Source: Octopus sinensis (taxonomy: Eukaryota). Taken from it: 64,000 nucleotides of DNA. This document shows positions 1 through 37,879 of this stretch, piece after piece (position 1 is the first letter of the stretch; the number at the start of each line of letters is the position of its first letter). Below the pieces are notes generated by a model. That model was given only the letters and a program-made list of their open reading frames with translations. It made no database searches and had not been told where the DNA came from. The DNA lies in contig NC_043016.1 in NCBI RefSeq assembly GCF_006345805.1, positions 20,832,001-20,896,000 on the forward strand, in the 5' to 3' direction. A program made the position numbers and the translations under genes.

Positions 1-231
1 AAGGTAAATGATAAAAGATAAGACAATTCTCCAGCATTATGTCTTCTAAATGGTGTGTAAATATTTATTGATACACAAATGGTGATTTTAATTTAATGCT
101 GCATATGCTAAAGTTTTTATGTGGCCTGGCAGGCTGTTGCAATACCAATGTGTATTTTATTCCCTGTTTCCTTTATATCGATGTGCAAATATCATTTACT
201 TCCAGCAATCTATATCATTATACCTTCAAAT

Positions 232-463
232 GGCGGTGAGCTGGCAGAAACGTTAGCACGCCGGGCGAAATGCATAGCCGTATTTCGTCTGCCGCTACGT
301 TCTGAGTTCAAATTCCGCCGAGGTTGACTTTGCCTTTCATCCTTTCGGGGTCGATAAATTAAGTACCAGTTACGCACTGGAGTCAATGTAATCGACTTAA
401 TCCGTTTGTCTGTCCTTGTTTGTCCCGTCTGTGTTTAGCCCCTTGTGGTTAATAAAGAAATAA
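232..463 (+). mobile_element. tRNA-derived SINE (family A), near full length
   Basis: Head GGCGGTGAGCTGGCAGAA, B-box GAGTTCAAATTCC, core CCTTTCATCCTTTCGGGGTCGATAAA, tail AATAAAGAAATAA. Related copies at about 31965-32185 and 35657-35900. Confidence 0.85.
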
Positions 464-599
464 ATATTATTACCTGTTTGCCTACTGTGATTTCTACTTC
501 CATTCAACTGTACTAGTAACTTGCATTTTATGTGCATTAATGATCTGTGCTGTAGGTAAGCTGCTTCTTTTTCTTTTAGAATTACAATATTATCAAAAA

Positions 600-960
600 T
601 GCTTTTTCCTGCCACCCTAGTTGCACATTTTATTTTTAACGATATACACTGGATATTGCTATGCTAGTCTTTGGGCATAACGTCTTTCTGTACTACATGG
701 TGGACAATGAATCGGGTGGTGAGCTTGAGCCATAGTTTGCCAGACATTTTCAATGTCTCAGCCGTAATTCCTGGTGGACAAGGTACCTTCCTTTCATATC
801 CTTAATTGTTATAGCTATTATACTGCTGTCAATCTGGATTGCAGGTTCTGTTGAGAACACATGCATTCTTCACATTGAGCAACATCTCAAAACAGATTTC
901 TGTGCTTCTTTCTTTTTAGTAATAAAGTCTGCCTTTCATTCTAATCACACTTTTTCTTGA
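600..960 (-). mobile_element. Degenerate RTE-type LINE ORF2 fragment
   Basis: GACATTTTCAATGTCTCAGCCGTAATTCCTGGTGG resembles the PSGITAEMLKI segment of the RTE at 16840-16890. Confidence 0.5.
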
Positions 961-1149
961 GTTCATGATTTTATGTAGCACACAGCATTGCAATCCAGAA
1001 CACCAGGCATATACACGTGTGCATACTACTGCTCATATGTACATACATATCATACATATACATCAGTAGAGGTTACCAGTAATTCCTGGGTAAGGTTTTT
1101 AATTGAGACAAAAGGATTGGTGGTAAGGATAATTAGGTGCTGCACATCT

Positions 1150-1470
1150 TTATCGCTTACTTGTTTCAGTCATTAGACTGTGGCCATATCGGGGTATGGC
1201 CTTGAATTTTAGTCAAACAAATTGACTCCAGTACTTTTTTTAAAGCCTGGTACTTATTTTATTGGTTTGTTTTGCTGAACTGCTAAGTCTTTGGGATGTA
1301 AACACAGTAACACTGGTTGTCAAATGGTGGTGGTGAAGGGGGCACTATATATACAGACACAAAGACACACACACACACATACAACAGGCTTCTTTGTTTT
1401 TGTCTACTAAATCCATTCATAAAGCTTTGGTTGGCCCAAAGGTAGGACTGAACCCAGACAACCACATCTG
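1150..1470 (-). mobile_element. tRNA-derived SINE (family B), partial
   Basis: Shares CTTGTTTCAGTCATT and CAGGCTTCTTT...CAAAGCTTTGGTTGGCCC with the full copy at 21330-21735. Confidence 0.7.
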
Positions 1471-1493
1471 CACCTATATAAATAAATATACAC

Positions 1494-1669
1494 ATGGCAT
1501 GTAAAAAGTACCCGCTACACTCTCAGGGTGGTTGGCAATAGGAAGGACATCCAGCTGTAGAAACATTGCCAGATCAGATTGGAGCCTGGTGCAGCCTTCT
1601 GGCTTGCCAGCCCTCAGTCAAACTGTCCAACCCATGCCAGCATGTAAAGCAGATGTTAAACGACAATGA

Positions 1670-1672
<3 letters not shown>
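1494..1672 (+). mobile_element. 5'-truncated RTE 3' end
   Basis: GGAAGGACATCCAGCTGTAGAAACATTGCC...CCATGCCAGCATG...GATGAT tail, matching the 3' UTR of the long RTE. Confidence 0.85.
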
Positions 1673-1716
<44 letters not shown>

Positions 1717-1839
1717 CACACATATGCACACCCCTTATCAAAAATGGGTTTTTATTGAATTTCTCATTAAAATTGGATGTCAACAACAATACTCTTTATA
1801 CCACAATAATGTTAACAACTAAAGCACAAATTTTGCCAA

Positions 1840-2500
1840 AAGAGGACATCTGGTGATATCATTGATGCTCATACTGCAGGAGATTGGTATAAGACAATAT
1901 CTAAGAATTTCAATATGGCTAGATCAACTGTTTGTAACATAACCATGGAACATTGAGATACCAGTTGGTTGGAGAACAAACTACCTCCACCAAGAAGCTC
2001 TTTTCAGAACAAGATGAGCAGATGTTAATTAAAATGGTCAACAAAGATCCTAAGATAACTGCTACAAAAATGAAAGCCAATTTGATAGCTAACAGAGTTC
2101 ATGCTTCTAGGTCAATGATTGCTCAAACTTTCAATACAGGTGGCTTGAAGGCCTGTTGTCCCCAGAAGATGCCATTGTTGTAGAAGAAGCACTTGACTGC
2201 TCATTTGAAGTTTGCGAGGGACTTTCTGAAGAAGCCTTTTCTGTGGTCTGCTGAAATAAAACTCAAGTGATTTGCTCACAACAGGACTATCATTAGAAGA
2301 AAAGAGAGGAAGCCTTCAATCCGAAGAATACCATCCCTACCATCAAACATGGTGGAGGCAGTATAATGCTGAGGAGCTGTCTTTCTGCTAAAGGCATAAG
2401 AAAATTAATCTGAATTGAGGGAACAATTAAAAATGAGAATTATCTCAATCTTTTCGATGTAAACCTGAAGTCACTGGCAAAGCAATTGGGATTAGGAAAC
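1840..2500 (+). mobile_element. Tc1-type transposase remnant
   Basis: YKTISKNFNMARSTV, KMPLL*KKHLTAHLKFAR and a [14 protein letters not shown]-like segment, with stops and frameshifts. Confidence 0.85.
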
Positions 2501-3589
2501 TACACTGCTTTGACTCCTATATCTTTGATTTGATAGTTCACTTAAGGAGAGTGCAAAGAGATGTTTATCTAAATTAACTGGTGAACAGCTACCACCATCA
2601 TCTCTCTCTCTCTCATAAGTCTCTCATTCTCTATTTAAAGAGAGAAATTAAAGAGAAAAATAATTTGACATCACACATGTATACATTAGAATTTTTCCTC
2701 AACTCATACAACCCCCCATTTTCCCAACTTTAGGCTTTGAGCTTTTGTTTGTTAAATACTACTCCATCTGCTTTCTTGACAAATAAGGGCCTGATGGTCT
2801 GAGGGAGATTTATTTACTTCTCAAAATAACAACCCTATGAAATGGCAAATATGTGGTTTTGTGGATTTCATTTTGTAGTTTCCAAATACAAGGTGGAAAC
2901 ACATGTGCAAGGAACACATATATATACATATATATAATGGGTAGATACTCTGAAGCAAATGACACTTTGGCAATCTATCCATGTGACAAGGCATAGAATT
3001 TACTCAATATATAGTATTGAATTTTTTCTTATTTTATGTTACTTCATTGATATATAGTTACCACATTGCAATACAGTGAAAAGTTAACCAAAAGCAACTT
3101 AAAAGGCAGCAATGTAGTTGCTGTTCTTAAGCTTGGTTCCTGTTGGTTAAGACAGGTCAAGAGTACAACAACATACAAAGGAAGCGACCTAATCAAGATT
3201 AATTTAGTTGATAAGGGCAGCTTCTTATCGTTGTTCCCACTTGTCTCTATCATTATTTTCAATCATTCAAGGGAAATGCTCGTCAGTTAATAGCAGTTCA
3301 AACTCCCATAAGATTTATTGTTGGTGGTTATCAGGAACGAGTTGTAACAGGCCAGTCATGTTCTTGGTTTCTTAGTTGCAAAACCAAATGGAACAGAGAA
3401 ATTCTATTTATACATTAAAAAAATTTTTTGAAATATACATATAATATACAAAAACAAAAAATATTCAACAAAACACATGTGAATATATATATATATACCA
3501 ATTTCATTTATTTATTCATTTATGTAACATTTGTTATACATAGGAAAGAATAAATTTGTAAAAGCTTCCAGTGACAAATGATAATATAT

Positions 3590-3876
3590 ATATATATATA
3601 AATATATATATATTTATTAAGTTTATAGCTCCAGTGTTCATGTTTCTGCATATGTCTGTGAGTATGTGTGTGCCCTGATTAGATATTTGTGCTTATCCAT
3701 ATACACACATACATACCAATAAACCATCATATATATATATATATATATATATAAATATATATATATTTATTAAGTTTATAGCTCCAGTGTTCATGTTTCT
3801 GCATATGTCTGTGAGTATGTGTGTGCCCTGATTAGATATTTGTGCTTATCCATATACACACATACATACCAATAAA

Positions 3877-3900
<24 letters not shown>
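3590..3900. repeat. Exact tandem duplication, period 153 bp, bounded by (TA)n
   Basis: 3613-3730 is identical to 3766-3883. Confidence 0.95.
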
Positions 3901-3920
<20 letters not shown>

Positions 3921-3959
3921 TAAGGTAGGTAAGTAGGTAGGTATACACACACTAACATA

Positions 3960-4900
3960 TATGACTGTAAATATTGAGGCAGCCATCATATTGCTGCAAG
4001 CCATTATTGTTTGCAATCTATCTCTCAAATGTCTCTGCAATTATTAGAATGTCCACTGTCAGTTGCAGCATCGATGATACCAAATTAGCAAAGCCATCAA
4101 CAGTCCTAATGAGGTCAACAATACACAAAGTACATCTATCATATACGCAGGTACAACTTAGCCCCTAACACTCTGCAGCTGAGATTAAAAATAACGGGGA
4201 AGGGCTAGGAGGAATTGAAATCACAGAGTCAGAAACTGTCCAAGACCTAAAAATCATATTGACTAAGGATGCATCATTGAATATTACTAAGATGGCAACA
4301 TCTTGCAGGCAACTGATAGGATAGATCTTAAGAACATTTAGAACAAGAAGACATGTGAAAGTCAATTATCTGGATTACTAATCACAGCTGGCCTCTCCAT
4401 ACTGTCAATCTTATTGATGAGATTGTAAAAGTTTGCCTCCTCATCCACTGAATTACTAAGAAAGGTTAATAAGTTTTGAAACTCACCTCCCTGGTGTGAA
4501 GAAATGAGAAATATTCAGAAGTTTTTATATTTGGAAGATCTTGGAGGGAGTAGCAATGTGCCAAATTTTAAATACTCTCCATTGTTTATTAGGATTAGGA
4601 TACTGCGATAGCTTGGGGGGGGATTCATAGCTCATTAACATATCTTTTAATTTAACATAAGGGATCACATGGTGTGGGAATGTCAACACATTCAAATAAC
4701 ATTTGGACCTTCTACAATGTAAGATCCTAGAGGAGTCAATATTCCAGCAAGAGACACATATATAAGGCCAGGAGCATCAAACACCCAAATGCACAGAAGA
4801 AAGGCTGCAGCGACATTGACAACCCAGCTCAACCATGGCAACAGACCAGTGAGAAGAACCAATGAAAATAAGAGTAAAGTAAAATAAAAGTGTGTGTGTG
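3960..4900 (+). mobile_element. Degenerate CR1-like LINE (RT C-terminal half)
   Basis: SIDDTKL (YADDTK-like) at about 4050, then a GIEITESETVQDLKII-like thumb region. Confidence 0.65.
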
Positions 4901-4984
4901 AGTGAATATGTATATAATATATATGCATGCATATATATATATATATATACACACACAATTACATATATGTATAATATAAACACA

Positions 4985-5028
<44 letters not shown>

Positions 5029-6164
5029 AAATTCCATATTCTAACTTATGCACAGTTTTCCCATTGCTTTTGTGCACAGTTTTCCCATTGCTTTTGTTGT
5101 TCATTTTTCTTTAATCCTTTGTTGGGCCACCTCAGTTGGTCTGTTGGACTGTCTGTCTGTTTCTCTTTTGTGCTGGCTTGGAAACTTCTTTACCGCTTCT
5201 TTGATCAGTACACAAAGCTCAAATAATGCAGTAAATACCCCACACAAACAGCTGGACAGTTTAGTGAGAAGCTTTCTGCTTTGATGACAGTTGATACTCC
5301 ATATCAACTCTGACAAAACAGTTAACCTCATCATTGCTTATCAGGAGTACCTTAGAGACCCTTAACAATGAAAGATCTACACAAAGCTGTCAAAAAAACT
5401 GTGTTGGGTAAAACAGAGAGACAGAAATATCTAGGACCTTATTAAAACTTTAAAATTCCTTATTAAGGACTTTTGCAGAGCTTTATAGTTTATGGACTCT
5501 ATTAAATTTTTATAGACCCTAAAGACCTTACATAAACCTTACTAAGGGTATTATAAATCCATCAGAGTCCTATATAAATCAACTCAGCTTCCACTTCTAG
5601 ATCCTCATATAGAGCCCGATACAGTATTACGATTACCCGAAGCCCATGAGCTCCACTGTTGTCCTTGCATCATTTAAAAAAGAATAAAAGAATGAACAAA
5701 TCCTCTACAAGTCACAATGGCAACAACAACATCCCAAATTAGCTGTTGCTACACTTACCCTAGCCTTACAGGAAATCTGAATATCAATCCTAATCTATCT
5801 ATGATACTAACTGTTCATCTACCAATATAAATAGTCCTATGAGGCAATCTTCATGTTACACATGCATGCACACACATACATACATAATCTGAAAATGTAG
5901 CCAGTATGCAAGTCAGCCAGGCTTGCGCAATTATTCTGTTAGCTCTTTATTTTTCAGGAGACTAGACATGTATTATATAAGTATGTATGAAAGTACATAT
6001 GTGTGAGTATGTATATATGTGTGTGCACACACACACACACACACACACAAATGATACACATATATTCATATATATATATATATATATATACATACAAACA
6101 CAGACACATATACATGTTTTTGTGTATGTATATACACGTGTGCATGTATATATCTGAAAATGTA

Positions 6165-6197
<33 letters not shown>

Positions 6198-7002
6198 GTC
6201 TATGTATGTATATAAGTTTTTATATATATATCTTTTTATATCTATATCTGTGTGCGAGTGCATGTGTGTGTGTGGATATCAACATATAATACATACACAC
6301 ATTTATATGGACATCAACATATAATACATACACATATTTAGTCACAAACACACACAGGCACAAAGTTAAGAAACACCAGCAAACTTTAAAAAATAAACCT
6401 CGAAACAATAACAATCCCTCGAACAGAAACAGCTCTAAGCCCTCAATAAACAAAATACTTATTATAAACAACCCATCATTGAATAATTGTTACTTCTATC
6501 ATCTATTAAAATATCTTCATATATTATAGCAAATATGAATTGTCAATCCATAACAGCCACACATTCACTCAACTGGTATAGTACAGGTAGTAGAATGACT
6601 TCTGTAGAGTACTGCAGCAGACTGACTTCATATGTCACACACTAAATAGAAGGGTTTGAACTTCAACTCAACCCACAATTAATACCAATTCTACTCCAAT
6701 CAAACATACATTCAGCTGGTACAGTGCACCCTATAGTAGAGTGTAATGTAATACCATAGCAAGTACACATTGTCAAATGTCAACAAATCCATTCCAGACA
6801 CAACCAACAAAATTTGTCAAACACTCCACTATCAGCCAAACTTATATAACACAACCACACAACTCACAAGCAACCCTCCCGCCTTACACAAACTCATTCA
6901 TGCTCAACTTGCATAATACACCCATCCCATAGAGTGACTTAAAGTGTCACACTCAATAAGAATTATTGAACTTGAACACCCACACCTCATTCAACCACTC
7001 AT

Positions 7003-31605
<24,603 letters not shown>

Positions 31606-33547
31606 GGTGTCTTCCCCACTGTAGTGATGAATAGCAGCTGTGAAAGATTGTTTGTGTGTCTTTATGTTTATATCTGAGGGTGTGTGTGTCTACACACATA
31701 CATTTATGTGTGTGTGTGTATGTGTGTGTGTGTATGAGTGTCTGTGAATAAGTGTATATATGTGTGTGTACTCTGGAGTGTTACTGGCTATATATACATA
31801 TATATATATATAGGAGTGTGTATGCAGGCTGTGTGTGTATTTGTGTATGAGTATATGCCTCAAAACTGCTGTTCTCTGTCACCTTGGTATCACTGAATTT
31901 TTTTGAAATCTGAAAAAATTAAAACAAAAATAACTATGATAATTATTGTAATATTGATAGCAATAATATTGGTTTCACATTTTGTCACAAGGCCAGCAAT
32001 TTTAGAGGAGGGTATAATTCAATTGCATCAACCCCAGTGATTAATTGGTACTTATTTTATTGACCCCAAAAGGATGAAAGGCAAAGTCAACCTTGGTGTA
32101 ATTTGAACTCAGAACATAAAAGATGTAAAAAATGCCACTAAGCATTTTTCCCAGTGCGCTAACTATTCTTCCAGCTCACCACCTTATGAATAATAATTTC
32201 TAATGCAGCTGCAAAACCACAATTCTTTTTTTTTTTTTTTGGTAAGGAGAGTAATTGCATCCATCTAATAAGTACTTAACTAGAAAATATTTCTTTATCA
32301 TGAAAGATGACAAGTAAAGTTGACAACTATTTAATAATACTGCAAGTATAATGAAAACACCCCATTGAGGAAAAAAAAAAGACTAAAAATGAACAATCTG
32401 TTCCTCTCACAATAAGATTTAAAATCAGAGATGTTTAAGTTTATACAAAAGGAAAATCAAGAGATGTGTAGGTTAGTTAAAGCTGGATTTGAACCCAGGA
32501 AAGCAATAACAAAAAGATTAATATTTGATTTTCAGTATTTAAGAAATTTGATAATATGAAAAAAAGTGAAAGAAATTTTCAGGGTAGGATTTGAACTTGG
32601 AAAAATCAACAGGTGGCAGGATAAAATCCACCTAGTATATTCTGTAAAGTGGCTGACAAATGAGTAGAAACAGCATGTGGTCAAAGAGAACCTTTTAGAT
32701 TTGTCACTGACATGTTAAACTCTCAGTGTAGGCACCATCATAAATTGTACCAAGTTCAGATTGTAAAGGGGTTGGCATTTGGAAGGACATCACATATGAT
32801 GAATGTCCTTATGCACCCTCAGAAGAGTTGCACTTGAGGATACCCAGTACAAGTCGTATATGGGTGTATACAATCCATAAATGAAAGTTCAGTCCCTGAA
32901 ATGGTATCATATCTCTTCTCCAAGGCCTAAGAGATTCAAAAGGTAGTGATTAACACGGAAAGTCATGGTGACTATTTGGGGAGATAACAAGGGTGTCAGT
33001 TTCATTAATTTTCTAAGATATGGGTATCATGTACAGCAAGCAGTATACTGTGACACTAAAAAAATTTAGTGAAACTATTAAGTAGAAGAGGCTGAACAAC
33101 AATGAAAAAAAATTATCCATATTCATAAAGACAATGCATGATCACATATATCTTTGGCAACAAATCAGTTAATTAGCAAACAGGTAGTGGCCCTCATCTA
33201 CAATAAAGCCAGGATCTGGTGCACTCCAACTCCCACTGGTTTGGTTTAAAGGACAGTCTTCAGGGTCAATGATTTCAGAACACAGATGAGGTGAAAGTGG
33301 TTCCAAAGAAGTGGCTACAACAGTAAAAAATCTAAATTTTTTCAAAGGTGGTGTAAGGGTTGGGTTCAATGATGGCATAAATACATTGCTTGTAATAGTG
33401 ACAAATGTTAAACAAAACTTTAGTACAGAGTAAGAGTTTTTCTAATGTGTGTAATTTGTATAGCCTATGTGAGCTGATAGAAATGAATGCCATCTGCATT
33501 CATTTCAGTATAACCCTCATCTCATGAGTGTGTGTGTGTGTATTACA

Positions 33548-33786
33548 CAAACCTGGACACCAAACTGTTAATCAACAAAGTTAACATTTTCATTAAATGA
33601 TTTAACTTTTAAGTTAATGGGTTTTATAGTCTTGGCACTTTTTAAAGGTGTTTTTAGAGCAAAAACTGATTTTTTTTCTGTAATAAAAATTAAAGTTAAT
33701 GGTTTATCGATAACTTTCATTACATTAGGAAATAACTGATTAATGGTTAATAAAGTTAACTTTTCGATTAACAGTGCCCACCTTTG
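33548..33786. mobile_element. hAT-type MITE with 8-bp TSD
   Basis: GTATTACA at 33540-33547 and 33787-33794; imperfect TIRs CAAACCTGGACAC and GTGCCCACCTTTG, plus inner CTGTTAATC..AAAGTTAAC / GTTAACTTTTCGATTAACAG. Confidence 0.8.
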
Positions 33787-34970
33787 GTATTACACAAATA
33801 CAGGCATATTAAATACAGCATAAATTCTTCCTCGATGTGTGGTTTCCGTTCATGCTGAGCTCACCTTGGGACACCTGCGTTACCGTTTATTAAATTAATC
33901 TCTGTCTCTAGAAGATGTGGCCACCTTATTTTTCTGATGCCCTTCCTCTCACCATTTCTCATATGTTTCCAAGTATGATATTATCTTTCATGGATGAAAG
34001 GAAACAAACAATGTCACTTGTATGAGTGATGCTCATTTGCAACCATCACATGATGTTAAGACAAAGTTACACACAAACACACACATATATATACACACAC
34101 ACACACACACAAAAGACTTCTTTCAGTTCTGTCTACCAAATCCAATCATAAGGCTTTTGGTCAGTCCTGATCTACAGTAGAAAATATTTGCCCAAGGTGC
34201 CATGCAAAACCATGTGTTGGGAAATCTCCTCACCCATCATCTTTCTCACTGCAGTATTTACAATAGTCACCCCCTCAACCATTCCCCATTTCACACACTC
34301 CCATATATTCATGTAAACTCTACCCACTGACACTCTGTTCTCTTGTCCCTTTACCTTGTACTTGGTCACTCCTACCTTCTCTTAGCTATGTAGCTCCTCT
34401 ACAGTAAGTAATAAGAAACCTGTTTTGTTGTGGGCACCTTTTTCACATATTTGAACCTCTCATCTGTTAGCATAAATCTGCCTCCCCCTCTACCACAGTT
34501 CCATTTAACTGAAGGGAATCTTAGCTACATGATCTCACTAGTCTCAGTGCTCTGAAAAAAAGCACCCAGTACATGTGGTTAAAGTATTTTATTTTATGAG
34601 GGGCATCCACTCAAAATAGATATCAAGGTATAATAAAGTCTTCAGACCCACTATAAACTCAAAATTTTCCATAATGAAACACAAATGAATCCTCATTTTC
34701 TATTTTCACACACCCAGGCAAAGAACCTTCTCAGCCTTCCAGAGCAAATGAAAGGTAGATAGTCTCATACAATAATAAACTGACTATTATATGAAGTCCC
34801 ACATTTCAATGTTGACCAACAAGTAAATATTCTTGCACCTGGTGAATCCTACCATCCCTGTCAATTATTGATTAGTAAACTAAACTGAAAGCAGATCACA
34901 ACAAAAATCTTCCAGTTTACTTAACCATTTAACATTTAAACCGACCATATCCAGCCAAAATATTCTGCCA

Positions 34971-35004
<34 letters not shown>

Positions 35005-35656
35005 CAAACTGCCCAGGTACAACATTTCACACCTACCCAACAATGTCATTGTAAAAATATATAACCATATCATTGAAATCTTGAAGCTATGAGATAATGC
35101 AAGATTAATTCAAAACAATGTGAATAAATCAGTATTACATTTGACAAAGTAATGTGAATGCTAAAGGTTCAAAACTCCATTCAATATTTTTGTCTGGCTC
35201 TATTTAGCTTTACCTTTGAGATCTTGTGGCTGCCCATCCCTCCACTGCTGACACAACACATTCTCCGCATTCCTTAAAAACAACACCCATTCCCATGGCA
35301 ATCAAACCTACATACCCATCACCATTATCAGAAACTGCAGCTACTACTATCTCCATAGGCAAGAATCTTTCCTCTTCTTCACTATCTCAATCCAACAATA
35401 TGCCTGCTAATAACACAGCACCACTTACAAGTGCAAGAGTCATGATATCACTCCCAGCCTGTAATATACCCACCTCACAACAACAATGTTCAAATCAAGA
35501 ACATCCACAAGCACACAACTGCTTCACACTCCACCCACATGAATATAGCAGAATCCTAAATCTGCTGCTGTTCTCTATATTAGAGAACATGCCTATGACA
35601 TGATTGCCCCCATCATCTACCTCCCAGTTACAGGATGCACACTGAGGAAACATACC

Positions 35657-35900
35657 TATTTGTTTATTACCCACAAGGGGCTAAACACAGGGAAGACAAA
35701 CAAGGATAGACAAACAGATTAAGTCGATTATATCGACCCCAGTGCATAACTGGTACTTAATTTATTGACTCCGAAAGGATGAAAGGCAAAGTTGACCTCG
35801 GCGGAATTTGAACTCAGAACGTAATGACAGACGAAATACTGCCAAGCATTTCGCCCGGCTTGCTAACATTTCTGCCAGCTCGCCGTCCTTTCCAGCTCGC
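35657..35900 (-). mobile_element. SINE (family A) with 17-bp TSD
   Basis: CACTGAGGAAACATACC at 35640-35656 and 35901-35917. Confidence 0.92.
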
Positions 35901-35939
35901 CACTGAGGAAACATACCATTAGCCAATATTATAGCACCC

Positions 35940-37720
35940 ACAAAAATGACTCACTACATATCCTCCTTTCAACATTCATTCTTGCTAAACCTGCTAAGAG
36001 CACAAAACCCAACTACTACAATAACATCATCCCGTGCTAGAGTAATGCTGGTGTCTTCTTCACAGAAGTCAAGAAACAAGTAATTATTCAGAGTGAACAT
36101 TTGTGATATATCTGACATAACCAAACTTATTCAGCAGTACAATCACAAAGACAATGATTTCAGACACCAACAATTCTCTGATCAAGAGAACCCTATTTTT
36201 AGCCATGCTGAATCTAGCAAAAGAAATTCAAAGAAGCAATCTTAGTATGACACATCAGCCTCTACTGCTATCCCAGTAAACAAAATATACACCCCAGTGC
36301 TGTCATTAAATGAACAAAGACAATTCACAAACCTCGAAACAACACAAAGAAATAACTACCATAGCAATGGCAATCTTGCCAAATGCTTGAGGCATTGGCC
36401 CATTTGCACAAAAAACAGAAATTTCCATACATTGTGGAGCTGGACTGTCAAACAGCTAAACCTAATCTTTTTCTTCATCCCAACTAAGATTCACTTCAAC
36501 TACTTTCACTTTGATGCTGAGGCAAAAGTTAAGGATCTTACTACCATTGATGGGGACCACATGGGCCATAGAAGAGGATGTGTTGCTTTCCTCCATGCAT
36601 CCGTTACCACAGACACAAAGGACATTATGCAATGGCTGTTGTTAATTATTGTCTGTATACAATAAAACCAATGACCTATCTATAATTGAGCTATAGAGAT
36701 CACCTCAAACACCTCTAGCCTACTTCTTACAGTGCCTCCAAAATCTTTAACTGCTCATTCAGCAAATCAGTTAATTAGCAAACAGGTAGTGGCCCTCATC
36801 TACAATAAAGCCAGGATCTGATATAACTTTCAGCACTGCCGATGTCATTGCAGCAGCAACTAATAAAATTAAAGTGAATTCAACACAAGGCTCTACCTGA
36901 CAGATTCTTAGTTGTTATCTTGATGGAGTACAGTCAACATCTGGCATTTCTTGCTACTATCTTAGGAGGAAATTGCTGAATTGACATTGTGTAGCTGAAC
37001 ACTTTCTATCCTTGTCTGTCATCTCAGGTTTTAAAAAGGAAATTAAGTCACTTGCAGTAAATTACCATAGAATCTCACTAACCACTCACATCAATGAAGT
37101 ATTCATGAGTGGCGAGACCAAAAATAACTGCCTTCCTCAAGAAAAACCATCTTCTAGATCCTAACCATCATGATCTTTGTAGTGGCAGGGACTACCTAAA
37201 ATATCTTTTGACCACTTTGATGGCACTCTAAATGCTCTGGCAGTAGGCTACAACAAAAATGTCATTTATCAGAGTTGACAACAATGTTCTGATGAAAAAG
37301 TTATCCAACACTTGAGTTCTTGGTAACTGCAGTGGATTTAATGCTTCCTGACTATGCAGAATCTAGCATATGATTGATGGAATTTACTGAAGACCAGCAA
37401 AAGTCAGTTGTGGTGTTTCCCAGGGTACTGTTTGGCTCACTGCTGCTTATCTTACATAAATGACATTAGGAATGTCCTCAAACATAGTAAAATAAAATCT
37501 TTACAGACTATAAGCTCTGAAAGTCAAGGGAGTAACTGATCAGAACTCCAATCTGTTCAATGCACAGTTTGTTGATGGTTGAAGGAAAACAACATGCTGT
37601 TAATCTGGGAGAAATTGGAGCTCATCCATTTTTCAAAAAGGTAAGATAGAAGAGAACCTCAGCCAGACTTCTTAAAAGCAAGAAACAAAGATATCCTATT
37701 GCACACACTGGCTATCTCGG
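35940..37720 (+). mobile_element. Decayed CR1-like LINE (endonuclease end to RT)
   Basis: SDITFSTADV...NYHRISLTTHINEVF segments and a GVSQGTVWL-like RT motif at about 37420; many stops. Confidence 0.7.
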
Positions 37721-37879
37721 TCACGTTACCCATTTGTCTTCCTAAGTATGCTCATTCCCCCCACCCACTCCATCACTATTGCAACAGTGATAGTGTGGGG
37801 AGTATGAGCATATTTAGGAAGGAAAATGTGTGCGAGAAGATAATTAAGCCTTGACTTGTCTTTGAAAATATAACAGCAA

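Noticed and set aside
5946-5951. ACBD3 poly(A) signal (AATAAA on the minus strand)
   Set aside because: One of several candidates in AT-rich DNA; it cannot be chosen without 3' end data.
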